Source: Alphaproteobacteria bacterium (GTDB taxonomy: Bacteria; Pseudomonadota; Alphaproteobacteria; Micavibrionales; UBA2020). From it: a DNA stretch of 64,000 nt. Below, piece by piece: positions 19,039-27,653 of this stretch; within the stretch, counting starts at the first letter, position 1, and the number at the start of each line of letters is the position of its first letter. Location of the stretch: contig WGNE01000005.1 in assembly GCA_016124645.1 (NCBI GenBank), forward strand, positions 6,103 to 70,102. Reading direction: 5' to 3'. The notes under the pieces are model-generated. The model was not told where the DNA came from. It searched no databases and saw only the letters and a program-made list of their open reading frames with translations. The position numbers and the translations under genes were made by a program.

Positions 19039-19052
19039 AAACAATATTGTTT
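19039..19052. promoter_or_regulatory. Perfect 14-bp palindrome, putative operator for bcsS
   Basis: AAACAATATTGTTT, 27 nt upstream of the bcsS start. Confidence 0.5.
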
Positions 19053-19196
19053 CAAAGCTACAATACCCCCGAAACGGCTTCCAGAGGGCTTTGGCCATAT
19101 GACGGTTTTGTCAGCGGGTTATGGCTTTTTTGCAACAGTTTTTCATGCGTTTTCCGGGGGTTGCCGGGTTTTCGGACGAAAACCGGCCCGAAAGGG

Positions 19197-20798
19197 TCAT
19201 TTGCCCTTCAGTTGCCGCGCAATTTCCGGCGCCATGCGCAGCGCCAGCGCGGCGATGGTGATCGTCGGGTTCGAGCAGCTGCTCGCCGGGAAGACCGCCG
19301 AACCGATGATGAAAAGGTTCTTGTGCGCATGGGCCCGGCAATGGGGATCGACGACGGAGGAGGCCGGGTTCGCGCCCATCACGGCCATGCCCATCTGGTG
19401 GTGCTCGGTGAAAGGGTCGGTGAAATACAGCAGCTTCGCCTTCAGCCGCCTGGAGATGCGCGTGAAGGTCTCCCGGACGTGGGCGAGGCCTTTTTCCTCG
19501 TATTCGCTGAAGGAATAGTAATGGCGGATGCACGGCTGCCCCGCGCGGTCGCGCTTGTCCCAGTTCAGGGTGATGCCGTTGGCGGGGTTCGGCAGCTGCT
19601 CGACGCTGCCTTCCAGCTCGACCTCGCGGCTGACGGCGTCGCGTATCGCGGCGTCGAGCAGGGGCGGCTCGACTCCCTGCGACATCAGGCGGTCGGTTAT
19701 TTCATGCAGGTGGGAATTGTTCTTCACCCGCAGCAGCCAGCCGGAATGTTCGCTGCGGAAGGGGCCGTCGCGAAAATCGTGGCTGCCCGATATCCCGGAA
19801 GGCCCGCGCCCCGGCCAGACGGGGTCCGGCAGGACGAGACGGGCGGCGATCGCCGGGTGGTCCATGAAGTTGCGTCCCACCTGCCCCGAGGCATTGGCGA
19901 GACCCTTGGGGTGGCTTTCATCCGCGCTCATGAGCAGCAGGCGCGGGGTTTCCATGCCGTTGGCGGCCAGAACGAAAATCCGGCCCTTTGCGATGACTTT
20001 GGTGCCGTCGGCGCGCTGCGCTTCGACATGCGTCACGGGGCCGTCCGCCACGATGCGGTCCACGCGGGTGTTCTCGATCACGCGCACGCCCAGCTTCTCG
20101 GCGCGCTCGACGTGGTAATAGCCCGTGTATTGCGCGCCCGAGGCGCAGATGGGCGTGCAGGAGCTGAACCCCTCGCACCGCCCGCGCCCCATGTAGGGCA
20201 CGGTCGCGCGCGCCGCGGTGCGCGGGATGATGGAGATGCCTTCCTCTTTCAGCCCGTCGCGGAAATAGCGGTCGCAGACGCTGAAGGGGGTCGGCGGCAT
20301 CGGCGGCGGCTGGGAGCGGGGGGAGCCGTCGTCGGTATCTGGGTCGCCGCAGACGCCCAGCTCGCGTTCCGCCTCGCAGTAAAAGGGCTCGAGCTCGTCG
20401 TAGCTCAGGGGCCAGTCGGCGCCGACCTTGTAGGCGCTGCGCAGCCGGAAGTCCGCGGGGTGCATGCGCGGCGTCGCGGAATCCCAGTGCCACGTCGTGC
20501 CGCCGACGACGCGCAGGTATTCGTTATGCACGACGGCGGGGCCCGTCATCTCGATGAAGTTGTTTTCCGGCCTCTCCCAGTCGGGCCGCGGCGCGTGGTC
20601 CGGGTTCGGGTAGCAGGAGGAGGGTGAGAAATAGGCGTCGGTGGTGACGTTTCGGACGATATCGGCGCGGGTGATGCGCGGACCGGCTTCCAGCACAACG
20701 ATATCCCTGACCCCGAGGGAGGCGAGCTTCCACGCGGTGACCGCCCCCGCGACGCCGGAGCCGATGACGACGACCTCCGCCTTGATGGTCTCGGTCAT
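19197..20798 (-). CDS. GMC-family FAD dehydrogenase catalytic subunit (sorbitol/fructose/glucose dehydrogenase large-subunit type)
   Basis: VIGSGVAG, VVGGTTWHW, Cys cluster CEGFSSCTPICASGA, GRNFMDHP, HHQMG, NPTITIAALA; ATGA overlap with the small subunit. Confidence 0.88.
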   Translation of the reverse strand: MTETIKAEVVVIGSGVAGAVTAWKLASLGVRDIVVLEAGPRITRADIVRNVTTDAYFSPSSCYPNPDHAPRPDWERPENNFIEMTGPAVVHNEYLRVVGGTTWHWDSATPRMHPADFRLRSAYKVGADWPLSYDELEPFYCEAERELGVCGDPDTDDGSPRSQPPPMPPTPFSVCDRYFRDGLKEEGISIIPRTAARATVPYMGRGRCEGFSSCTPICASGAQYTGYYHVERAEKLGVRVIENTRVDRIVADGPVTHVEAQRADGTKVIAKGRIFVLAANGMETPRLLLMSADESHPKGLANASGQVGRNFMDHPAIAARLVLPDPVWPGRGPSGISGSHDFRDGPFRSEHSGWLLRVKNNSHLHEITDRLMSQGVEPPLLDAAIRDAVSREVELEGSVEQLPNPANGITLNWDKRDRAGQPCIRHYYSFSEYEEKGLAHVRETFTRISRRLKAKLLYFTDPFTEHHQMGMAVMGANPASSVVDPHCRAHAHKNLFIIGSAVFPASSCSNPTITIAALALRMAPEIARQLKGK

Positions 20799-21352
20799 TC
20801 CTTTTCCTCCGGCAGTTTCGTCCATCCGCCGAAACCCGCGGGCTCGAGCATCGGGACGGGCATCCGCCCCTCGACGGCGCGGTACATCAGCGCCTTTTCA
20901 TAGGCGACGCGCACCCGCGGGCGGGAGGCGTTGAAATACATGCCCGTGTACCACGCCATCAGCAGGTGCCCGGCGAACCATGTCTCCCCCTCGTCGAAGC
21001 CGAAGGCCTGCTTGTCGGCGGCGGGGCGCTTTTTTCCGGCGGGGTCTTTTTTCAGCTCGGCGCTGATCTTGGTGTGCAGGCGCGTGATATGGCTGGGGCC
21101 CCAGGGCTCGTCCATCATCAGCCGGTATATTTCCTTCATCATGCCGGGGTCGAGGTCGTCCGTCAGCGTGATGAAGGCGCAAAGATCGGCGAAGTTTTCC
21201 GGCGTCGGCTCGTGGCTGTCGAAGTTCCAGCGGAAGGCGGGTTTTTCCGCCGCCTGCGCGCCGGCGCGGACAAGCGGCGCGGCGATCCCGCCCAGTCCGA
21301 GGGCCACGAGGGTTTTGACGACCTGACGGCGTGTGAAAGAGCGCGTGCTCAT
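20795..21352 (-). CDS. Tat-exported dehydrogenase small subunit (sorbitol dehydrogenase small-subunit family)
   Basis: Twin-Arg signal FTRRQVV plus hydrophobic core and AQA cleavage; WYTG..VAYEKALMY..VP..GFGGW; ATGA overlap with the GT2 stop. Confidence 0.8.
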   Translation of the reverse strand: MSTRSFTRRQVVKTLVALGLGGIAAPLVRAGAQAAEKPAFRWNFDSHEPTPENFADLCAFITLTDDLDPGMMKEIYRLMMDEPWGPSHITRLHTKISAELKKDPAGKKRPAADKQAFGFDEGETWFAGHLLMAWYTGMYFNASRPRVRVAYEKALMYRAVEGRMPVPMLEPAGFGGWTKLPEEKE

Positions 21353-23250
21353 ATGGCCCCTAAAACTGTTGAACAATATCCGAAAATGGCCGCGCAGACG
21401 CAGAGAACGGCGAAGGGATGGCAATTGCCGGTCGCGCGCCGCCGTTTTTTCTGGAGCAAGGGGTCCAGAATGCTCTTGCCGTCGCTGTCGTCGAAGCTTT
21501 TGAGCCAGCGGATGCGGTCGATCAGGATGAGGTATTCGTAATTGTCGCGTGCGGCCGCGCTGGGCCACGAGAGCCGCCCGCCCATCGCGCCGTCTTGTCC
21601 CGTCGCGCGCAGGTCGATGTCGAACGCGATATCCTTGCCCAGAAGGGTCGTTTCCCCGGCGTAGGTGCCCGGGGGAAGGGCGTCGCCGCCTGCCGCCGCG
21701 CGCAGCGTCATGCCTTGGTCGGACAGTTCGCTGACCGTGGCGTCGAAGGACTTCCGTTCCCCGGATTTTTCCCGCAGCCGCGCGGGCAGGGCGACGGGGA
21801 AGCGCGAAAAGTTTCGGCGGTTTTTGCCGCAGCGCTGCGTCAGCAGGATGACGCGCACCGCGATGATGCAGCTGATGACCGCCCAGAAAACCATCATGAA
21901 AAGGGGCCAGCCGGTATAGGGCAGGGCGTGGTTCCACGCGTCCCATGATATCTTGGCGAGGGAAAGCAATATCAGGGAGAGGATGAACCACGGGAGGGCG
22001 AAGAAGCTACCTTGCGATTTCACCTTGGGCGTGACCCAGAAAGGGATGTGCCGGCGGCCGAACAGGGCGGGCAGGGCCCGGACGGCAGAGGGGAAGCGCG
22101 CGAGGTTGAAGGTCTCGTTCAGGATAAGCCGCCCGTATCCGCGCGAAAACTCCTCGAAGGTCAGGATGCTGACGACGATATAGGGAATGCTGAACATCCC
22201 CCAAGTGCCGAAATCAACATTGAAGGGGGACATGCCGAAAAGAAGCGCCATGAACGGCACGAGGTAAAGCACCGTGTGGTGCACGGCCTCCATATGCGTC
22301 AGGACGTGCAGGATGTAGCCGAACCTCTGCCCGGGCGTGATTTTGCCCGTCCTGTTGAAAAGGCCCTTGCGCACAAGCTGCATCGCGCCCTGCGCCCAGC
22401 GCAGGCGCTGCTTGCGAAAGCTCAGCGCGTCATAGGGCGAAAGACCGGCGGAAAGCGTCTCCGGGTGATAGACGGAGGTCCAGCCCGCGTCGTGCAGCAG
22501 GAAGGAGGTGTGCATGTCCTCCGTGACCGTGCCCGTGGCGATGCCGCCGATGTCGTCCAGCGCCGCGCGGCGCAGCACGGCGGAACAGCCGCAGAACATC
22601 GCGCCGTGGAAAAAATCGCGCCCGCGCTGGATGACGCGGAAGAACAGCGCGTGTTCCGACCATGAATCCTTCCCCCTGTTCCTGCCGATGTGCTGGAATG
22701 AATCGAAGTTGTAGTATTCCTGCGGCGTCTGGACGAGGGCGACTTTTTCATCGTTGAAATAGCCCAGCGTGCGGTCCAGAAAGTTCGGCGCCGCGATGAA
22801 ATCGGCATCGAAGCTGGCGATGAACGCGCCCTTGGTTTGCTTCAGCGCGTTGTTGAGGTTGCCGGCCTTGGCGTTCAGGTTATCGGTGCGGGCGATGTAA
22901 CGGCAGCCGAGTTCCTCCGCCATCGCGCGCATTTCCGGGCGGTTGCCGTCGTCCAGCAGCCATGTTTCGTGCGGGTAGCTGATGCGCAGCGCGGCGACCA
23001 CCGTGCGGCGGACGATCTCCACGGGCTCGTTGTAGGTGGGGATATAGACATCGACGGCAAGCCCGGGCGGCGCGGGCGGGGGCGAGCGCAGGGGAAAGCG
23101 CAGGACGCTCAGCACATAGATCAATCCCCAGACGAAGGTGATGAGCTCGGCGCTGTAGAAAAGCGTCGAGAAAACCGGGGCGTTCGCGTTGAAGACCGTG
23201 AGGCGCCACGGGAAATAGACCGAGGCCAGCCCGACATAGGCCGCCAGCAA
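21349..23250 (-). CDS. bcsA: Cellulose synthase catalytic subunit-like GT2 with PilZ domain (5' end probably frameshifted; see findings)
   Basis: DVYIPTYNEP, DDG, NAKAGN, DAD, QTPQ, FCGCS, TED, QRLRW, gating loop FWVTPK, PilZ RNFSR and ELSDQG. Confidence 0.85.
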   Translation of the reverse strand: MLAAYVGLASVYFPWRLTVFNANAPVFSTLFYSAELITFVWGLIYVLSVLRFPLRSPPPAPPGLAVDVYIPTYNEPVEIVRRTVVAALRISYPHETWLLDDGNRPEMRAMAEELGCRYIARTDNLNAKAGNLNNALKQTKGAFIASFDADFIAAPNFLDRTLGYFNDEKVALVQTPQEYYNFDSFQHIGRNRGKDSWSEHALFFRVIQRGRDFFHGAMFCGCSAVLRRAALDDIGGIATGTVTEDMHTSFLLHDAGWTSVYHPETLSAGLSPYDALSFRKQRLRWAQGAMQLVRKGLFNRTGKITPGQRFGYILHVLTHMEAVHHTVLYLVPFMALLFGMSPFNVDFGTWGMFSIPYIVVSILTFEEFSRGYGRLILNETFNLARFPSAVRALPALFGRRHIPFWVTPKVKSQGSFFALPWFILSLILLSLAKISWDAWNHALPYTGWPLFMMVFWAVISCIIAVRVILLTQRCGKNRRNFSRFPVALPARLREKSGERKSFDATVSELSDQGMTLRAAAGGDALPPGTYAGETTLLGKDIAFDIDLRATGQDGAMGGRLSWPSAAARDNYEYLILIDRIRWLKSFDDSDGKSILDPLLQKKRRRATGNCHPFAVLCVCAAIFGYCSTVLGAI

Positions 23251-23320
23251 CGTCAGGCGCGCGCGAAACGGGCGCGGTCGGGGGTCTTTCGGGAATGCCG
23301 TCCTGATTTTTCATCGGCGC

Positions 23321-23350
23321 ATGATACACATTTTGACATATATGTATCAA
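23321..23350 (-). promoter_or_regulatory. Sigma70-like leaderless promoter with an overlapping inverted repeat
   Basis: TTGATA-18-TATCAT on the minus strand, 6 nt before ATG 23314; IR TGATACA-N14-TGTATCA (23322-23349) and internal ACATATATGT palindrome. Confidence 0.6.
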
Positions 23351-23462
23351 TAGCGGGAAAGGCGGCCCCTGCAAGCCCTTGTTGCGCAAAGGCCGCGGCG
23401 CGCGGGCCGGGGAAGGGGGGCGCCGGGGCCGAATCGGCCGGCGCCGGCGAGGACGGGGGCGT

Positions 23463-23492
23463 TTGCATTTTTAGCGCGCCGCCCTGTATAAT
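23463..23492 (+). promoter_or_regulatory. Sigma70-like promoter for bglX
   Basis: TTGCAT-18-TATAAT, 35 nt before the ATG. Confidence 0.6.
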
Positions 23493-23527
23493 CACGGCAC
23501 GTTCATTTCCGTTTTTCCGGTGGCGCC

Positions 23528-25732
23528 ATGTCCAAACAAATCAACAGCCTGATGATGCGCATGACGCCGGAAGAGAAGATCGGCCAGCTCAACCTCGTCA
23601 ATCCCGGCATCTTCGCCAATACCGGCGCGGTCGTCACGCAGGATATCGACGGGAAAATCCGCAAGGGTCAGGTGGGCGGGCTGTTCGGCTATTACGACGC
23701 CGCGCTTGTCGGCAAGACCCAGCGTCTCGCGGTCGAGGAATCGCGTCTCGGCATCCCGCTCATTTTCGGGCTCGACGTCATTCACGGCCACAAGACGATC
23801 TTCCCCATCCCGCTCGCCCTGTCCTGCACATGGGACATGCCGCTCATCGAGAAAAGCGCGCGCATCGCGGCGATGGAAGCGACGGCGGACGGGCTGAACT
23901 GGGTGTTTTCCCCCATGGTCGATATCGCGCGCGACCCGCGCTGGGGCCGCATCGCGGAAGGCGCGGGGGAAGATCCCTATCTCGGGTCCAAAGTCGCGGC
24001 GGCCATGGTGCGCGGCTATCAGGGCGACGATCTTTCGCGGCCGGATACGGTCATGGCCTGTGTCAAGCACCTCGCCCTCTACGGCGATGCCGAGGGCGGG
24101 CGCGACTACAACACCACCGACATGAGCCGCCTGAAAATGCACGAATACTACCTGCCGCCCTACAAGGCCGCGGTGGAAGCGGGCGCGGGCAGCGTCATGT
24201 CCTCCTTCAACGAGGTGGACGGCGTGCCCGCCGCGGGCAACAAGTGGCTGATGAAGGATTTGCTGCGCGGGCTATGGGGCTTCAACGGCTTCGTGGTGAC
24301 GGATTACACCAGCATCAACGAAATGACCTGCCACGGCACCGGCGGGCTGAAGGAAAATTCCGCCCGCGCGCTGAAGGCGGGCACGGATATGGACATGGTG
24401 GGCGAGTGCTTCCTGACCACCTTGCTGGAATCGCTCGAAGACGGCAGCGTGAGCATGGACGACATCGACGCCGCCTGCCGCCGCATACTGGAAGCCAAGG
24501 AGCGGCTGGGCCTGTTCGACGACCCTTACCGCTACGTCGATGAAAAGCGCGCCGGGGAAGTCCTGAGCGAAGACAGCCGCGCCGCCGCGCGCGACATGGC
24601 GGCGCGTTCCTGCGTGCTGCTGAAGAACGACGGGCCGCTGCTGCCGCTGAAAAAGGAAGGCACGATCGCCGTCATCGGCCCGCTGGCGGACGACAAGCGG
24701 AACATGCCCGGCACCTGGAGTATCGCCTCGGACTGGACGCAATGCGTTTCCGTCCTCGAAGGCATGAAGAACGCGGCGGGCGCGGGCGTGAAATTCCTGC
24801 ATGCGGCGGGCGCGAACTTCACGCGCGATCCGGTGCTGGCCGAGCGGCTGAATTTCTCGGGCGAGCGGGTTCTCATCGACCCGCGTTCGCAACAGGAGAT
24901 GATCGACGAGGCGCTGAAAGTCGCGCGCAAGGCGGACGTCGTCGTCGCCGTGGTGGGCGAGGCGCAGGAAATGTCCGGCGAGGCGGCGAGCCGCGTCGAT
25001 ATCGGCATCCCCCAAGAGCAATTGCCGCTCATCGACGCGCTTTCCAAAACCGGCAAGCCGCTGGTCCTCGTCATCGCGACCGGCCGTCCCCTGACGCTGG
25101 TGCGCGAATGCGAACAGGCGCAGGCGATGCTTCTCATGTGGTTCGGCGGGACGGAGGCGGGCAACGGCGTCGCCGACGTTCTGTTCGGGCATCACAACCC
25201 CTCCGGCAGGCTGACGGCGACGTTTCCGCGCCACGTCGGGCAGGTGCCGCTTTACTACAATCACAAGAACACGGGGCGGCCCTACGACGGCGCGAAACCC
25301 GCGGAAAAATTCAAGTCGCGTTATCTCGACGTTGAGAACGGCCCGCTGTTCCCCTTCGGCTTCGGCCTCGGCTACGCGCCTTTCGAATACGGCCCGTTGC
25401 GGCTCGACAAGACCGAACTGCAGGGCGCGGAAACGCTCACCGCCGCCATTGCCGTGAAGAACGCGGGCGATTGCGCGGGCGAGGAAACCGTGCAGCTTTA
25501 CGTCAGCGATCCCGTCGCCAGCGTCACGCGGTCCGTAAAAGACCTTAAGGGCTTTGAAAAGGTCTTCCTGCAGCCCGGCGAGGAGAAGGACGTGAGCTTC
25601 GCCGTCACCACGGAACAATTGATGTTCTTCAACGGCGATCTGCAGCGCGTCTGGGAGCCCGGCGAATTCGTCATCCACGTCGGACGCAATTCGGGAGACG
25701 TGCAGTCCGCTTCCGTGCAGTGGAAGAAATAA
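23528..25732 (+). CDS. bglX: GH3 beta-glucosidase, BglX-like, with no signal peptide
   Basis: LDVIHG, ARDPRWGR, CVKH, nucleophile VVTDY, GEAQEMSGEAASR, C-terminal FnIII-like domain ETVQLY..LKGFEKV. Confidence 0.92.
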   Translation: MSKQINSLMMRMTPEEKIGQLNLVNPGIFANTGAVVTQDIDGKIRKGQVGGLFGYYDAALVGKTQRLAVEESRLGIPLIFGLDVIHGHKTIFPIPLALSCTWDMPLIEKSARIAAMEATADGLNWVFSPMVDIARDPRWGRIAEGAGEDPYLGSKVAAAMVRGYQGDDLSRPDTVMACVKHLALYGDAEGGRDYNTTDMSRLKMHEYYLPPYKAAVEAGAGSVMSSFNEVDGVPAAGNKWLMKDLLRGLWGFNGFVVTDYTSINEMTCHGTGGLKENSARALKAGTDMDMVGECFLTTLLESLEDGSVSMDDIDAACRRILEAKERLGLFDDPYRYVDEKRAGEVLSEDSRAAARDMAARSCVLLKNDGPLLPLKKEGTIAVIGPLADDKRNMPGTWSIASDWTQCVSVLEGMKNAAGAGVKFLHAAGANFTRDPVLAERLNFSGERVLIDPRSQQEMIDEALKVARKADVVVAVVGEAQEMSGEAASRVDIGIPQEQLPLIDALSKTGKPLVLVIATGRPLTLVRECEQAQAMLLMWFGGTEAGNGVADVLFGHHNPSGRLTATFPRHVGQVPLYYNHKNTGRPYDGAKPAEKFKSRYLDVENGPLFPFGFGLGYAPFEYGPLRLDKTELQGAETLTAAIAVKNAGDCAGEETVQLYVSDPVASVTRSVKDLKGFEKVFLQPGEEKDVSFAVTTEQLMFFNGDLQRVWEPGEFVIHVGRNSGDVQSASVQWKK

Positions 25733-25747
25733 CCAAGGAAGGCCAGG

Positions 25748-26836
25748 TCAGGCGTGTGATTTTCGCGGCAGGTCCTTGAAGCGGATCATGCGGCCCTTGT
25801 CTTCGTCCCACAGGGCCAGCCATGCCGATTTCCAGCTTTCGCGCAGCGTGATGCGGTTGATCTTCTGCAGGTCTTCATGCGCATCGTGGCATTCCTGCAG
25901 GCGGTAGTTGGGAATGGAGGCGCAGAGGTGGTGGATGTGGTGAAAGCCGATATTGCCCGTGAACCATTGCAGGATGCGCGGCAGCGCGTAGTAGGAGCTG
26001 CCGAAAAGCGCGGCCTCGGCGTAGCTCCAGCCTTCCTGCGGCTGCCAGTAGGCGTCCTCGAACTGGTGCTGGATGTAGAACAGCCACTGCCCGGCCCAGA
26101 AAGCCGTGACCAGCGTGGCGATGTAAAGCCAGACGGCGGCCCAGCCCAGCGTCATGCCGACCAGACCGTAGAAAACCACCAGCGCGATGTTCAGCCCCAT
26201 CACGCTGCGCCATGTCTGCGCGGGGGTGAGGGCGTTGTAGCTCTCGATGAAGGGATAGTTGACCGGCGGCAGGCGCTGCATCAGCAGCACATAGACGGGC
26301 GGCCCGAAGACCAGCAGGGTGAGCGGATGGCGGTAGATGCGGTAGGCGCGCTGCTCTTTCTCCGGCAGGGCCTGGTATTCGCGCACGGTCAGCGTATCGA
26401 CGCTGCCGCTGCCGCGCCGGTTGAGGTTGCCCGAGCCCGCGTGGTGGAAGTTATGCGCGCGCCGCCACATGTCGTAGGGCGTGAAGCTCAGCAGGCTGAT
26501 GATCCGCCCGACGGTGTCGTTCGCGAGGCGCGACTTGAAGAAGGAGCCGTGGCCGCAGTCGTGCTGGATGATGAAAAGCTTCACCACCAGCCCCGCCGCC
26601 GGGATCATCGCCAGCGCGCAGAGGATGTAGTGATGCGTTTCGTAAGCGGCCAGCACCGCAGCATAGGCGAGCGCGAAGCACGCGAAGCTGACGATCAGCT
26701 GCAGAATGCTGCGCTTCGTATCCGAGCCCTTGTAGGCGTTGCAATGCGCGATGATTTCCTTGATGCGCGCCTTGTCCGTGCGATCGGGCGCTGCTTGCCG
26801 TTCGGCGGCGGTATGTGCGGGTGTGATGGTGTCCAT
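25748..26836 (-). CDS. Membrane fatty acid desaturase
   Basis: Three His boxes: HDCGH, HNFHH, HHIHH; plus YIQHQFE. Confidence 0.92.
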   Translation of the reverse strand: MDTITPAHTAAERQAAPDRTDKARIKEIIAHCNAYKGSDTKRSILQLIVSFACFALAYAAVLAAYETHHYILCALAMIPAAGLVVKLFIIQHDCGHGSFFKSRLANDTVGRIISLLSFTPYDMWRRAHNFHHAGSGNLNRRGSGSVDTLTVREYQALPEKEQRAYRIYRHPLTLLVFGPPVYVLLMQRLPPVNYPFIESYNALTPAQTWRSVMGLNIALVVFYGLVGMTLGWAAVWLYIATLVTAFWAGQWLFYIQHQFEDAYWQPQEGWSYAEAALFGSSYYALPRILQWFTGNIGFHHIHHLCASIPNYRLQECHDAHEDLQKINRITLRESWKSAWLALWDEDKGRMIRFKDLPRKSHA

Positions 26837-27028
26837 GCGTTGTTTTTGAATCTTGCCCTTTGAAAGTTCTTACCCCGGCCGCCTTCCGATCCCCTCATCG
26901 TGCGGCCATAGTCTATAAAATAGCATTTACAGGGCTATTGGCAAGGGCGCAGAGCCGGTGCGTCCTATAAAAAATCCTTTATTTTCAAACTCATGTCAAA
27001 AGATGTCCGCGCCGCGGGCCGGAACGTT

Positions 27029-27574
27029 CTACATAACGCCCTGTTGCTTTTCCTTTTCGCGAAAGCCGAGGTCCATTTCGCCCGTGTCCGCTTCCCGGCG
27101 GCCGGGGAAACCGAAGCTCTCCTGCCGGATGCGCCGGTCGGGGCCGGTGTATTCGTCGCTCAACACGAAGGGGCGCGGCTTTTCGATGATCCGTGTCAGC
27201 TTGTCGGCCAGCGTCTTGGCGGTGAAGGGCTTGACCAGGAAGTCCGACACGCCGCCGTCGCGCGCCTTCTTCACGCGGCTGAGGTGGCCCGAGCCCGCCG
27301 TCATCAGCACCGGCACATAGGGGTTCGGGCTTTCGCTGTCGTGGCGGATGATCTGGGTGAGCTGTATGCCCCGGTCCGGCGTTTCCAGCCAATCGACGAT
27401 GATGAGGTCGTGGTTGCCCTCCTTGAACTTCTTCCAGCCTTCTTCCATGCTGTAGGCGGAATCGATGTTCTCGTCCGGCACGGTGAACATCCGCAGCACA
27501 TTCTTGAAGAGCGAGAAAAGCTGCGGCGAGCTTTCGACCACCAGAACCCTGACGTCCTTGAAATTATATCCCAT
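27029..27574 (-). CDS. Response regulator (REC domain plus short C-terminal extension)
   Basis: LIIVDW, LMTAG, DFLVKPF, C-terminal RPFV..YTGPDRR; start trimmed to ATG 27574. Confidence 0.85.
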   Translation of the reverse strand: MGYNFKDVRVLVVESSPQLFSLFKNVLRMFTVPDENIDSAYSMEEGWKKFKEGNHDLIIVDWLETPDRGIQLTQIIRHDSESPNPYVPVLMTAGSGHLSRVKKARDGGVSDFLVKPFTAKTLADKLTRIIEKPRPFVLSDEYTGPDRRIRQESFGFPGRREADTGEMDLGFREKEKQQGVM

Positions 27575-27653
27575 GTGCCTGCCCTCGTTCTTTATGCGTT
27601 GACGCATTTCTTGCGGGCTGTCTTGCGATTCTTCGCAAGTTCGTCCTGTCTTT

